Positions 34,700 through 35,012 of a stretch of DNA of 35,012 nucleotides are shown piece after piece; within the stretch, counting starts at the first letter, position 1; each line of letters opens with the position of its first letter. The position numbers were made by a program, and so were the translations under genes. The stretch covers positions 1-35,012 of the forward strand of contig JAYTYR010000055.1 of NCBI GenBank assembly GCA_043742265.1, read 5' to 3'. The notes under the pieces were generated by a model. That model saw only the letters and a list, made by a program, of their open reading frames with translations. It ran no database searches and was not told the DNA's origin. This stretch comes from a bacterium. Lineage in GTDB: Bacteria > Patescibacteriota > Minisyncoccia > Phycocordibacterales > UBA5272.

Positions 34700-35012
34700 A
34701 TGGCATCGCGCAAGAATGAAAGATTAATTAATTTGACAATCGCTCTGCTTGCAACAAAACGATATCTTACGAAGTCAGAGATCTTTCGAACTATTGAGGG
34801 TTATGAAGGTACAGCCGGAGCATGTGAGCGAATGTTCGAGCGCGATAAGGATGATTTGCGGCGAATCGGAATTCTCATTGAAGTACGTGGTGTAGATCCT
34901 GGATTCGAAGATGAACATGGCTATCGAATCCGCCCCGAAACATATGTCCTCAATCTTGGAGAATTAGACGGTGGTGAAATCGCCCTTCTATCATTGGCGG
35001 CTGAAGCATGGC
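34700..35012 (+). CDS. PafB/PafC-type winged-HTH (WYL-domain regulator family) protein, N-terminal fragment running off the window end
   Basis: My own translation is MASRKNERLINLTIALLATKRYLTKSEIFRTIEGYEGTAGACERMFERDKDDLRRIGILIEVRGVDPGFEDEHGYRIRPETYVLNLGELDGGEIALLSLAAEAW. The ERL.NL...LL..rr.lt...i......y......f.RmFERDK..LR..Gi.ie pattern is typical of actinobacterial PafB/PafC-like regulators. It is not in the ORF track because no stop codon falls within the window. Confidence 0.65.
   Translation, partial: MASRKNERLINLTIALLATKRYLTKSEIFRTIEGYEGTAGACERMFERDKDDLRRIGILIEVRGVDPGFEDEHGYRIRPETYVLNLGELDGGEIALLSLAAEAW

Overview
Most of this window looks like the core chromosome of a low-GC, small-genome bacterium, possibly CPR/Patescibacteria-like (that placement is inference only). 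It is densely packed with housekeeping genes: cysS', corA, an S41 protease, rplI, rpmA, atpA-atpG, obg, gatB, rmuC, rplU, recR, dnaB, sufB-sufD-sufS, mreB-mreC-mrdA and six tRNAs. Four segments stand out. (1) An extra-AT-rich island at about 10.8-14.5 kb, between tRNA-Leu(UAG) and tRNA-Gln, carries a tightly coupled operon. It encodes an unknown protein, a GlnD/DUF294-type nucleotidyltransferase broken at A7 tracts, a helical protein, an EEP-fold nuclease/phosphatase and a stand-alone C39-like peptidase. A decayed T5orf172/GIY-YIG-like gene converges on it. This is my best candidate for an undescribed system. (2) A second AT-rich island at about 29.9-34.6 kb, directly after tRNA-Ser(GGA), holds a restriction-modification cassette. 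It has a C-protein, a putative PD-(D/E)xK nuclease, a Dam-like MTase, a CcrM/HinfI-like MTase with one in-frame TGA, and an unknown DUF3644-like protein. (3) A GC-rich insert of about 0.75 kb (17.48-18.23 kb) encodes a signal-peptide-less protein with a clear PEP-CTERM sorting tail. (4) GC content rises abruptly at about 34,633, into a Shine-Dalgarno-led PafB/PafC-type (WYL-regulator-like) gene that runs off the window. Across the core genes there is a repeated TGnTATAAT-N6/7-ATG layout that implies leaderless mRNAs. Convergent gene pairs are separated either by long perfect palindromic terminators or by overlapping stop codons. I found no rRNA, CRISPR array, integrase or transposase. All homology calls come from motif recognition by eye and no search was run.
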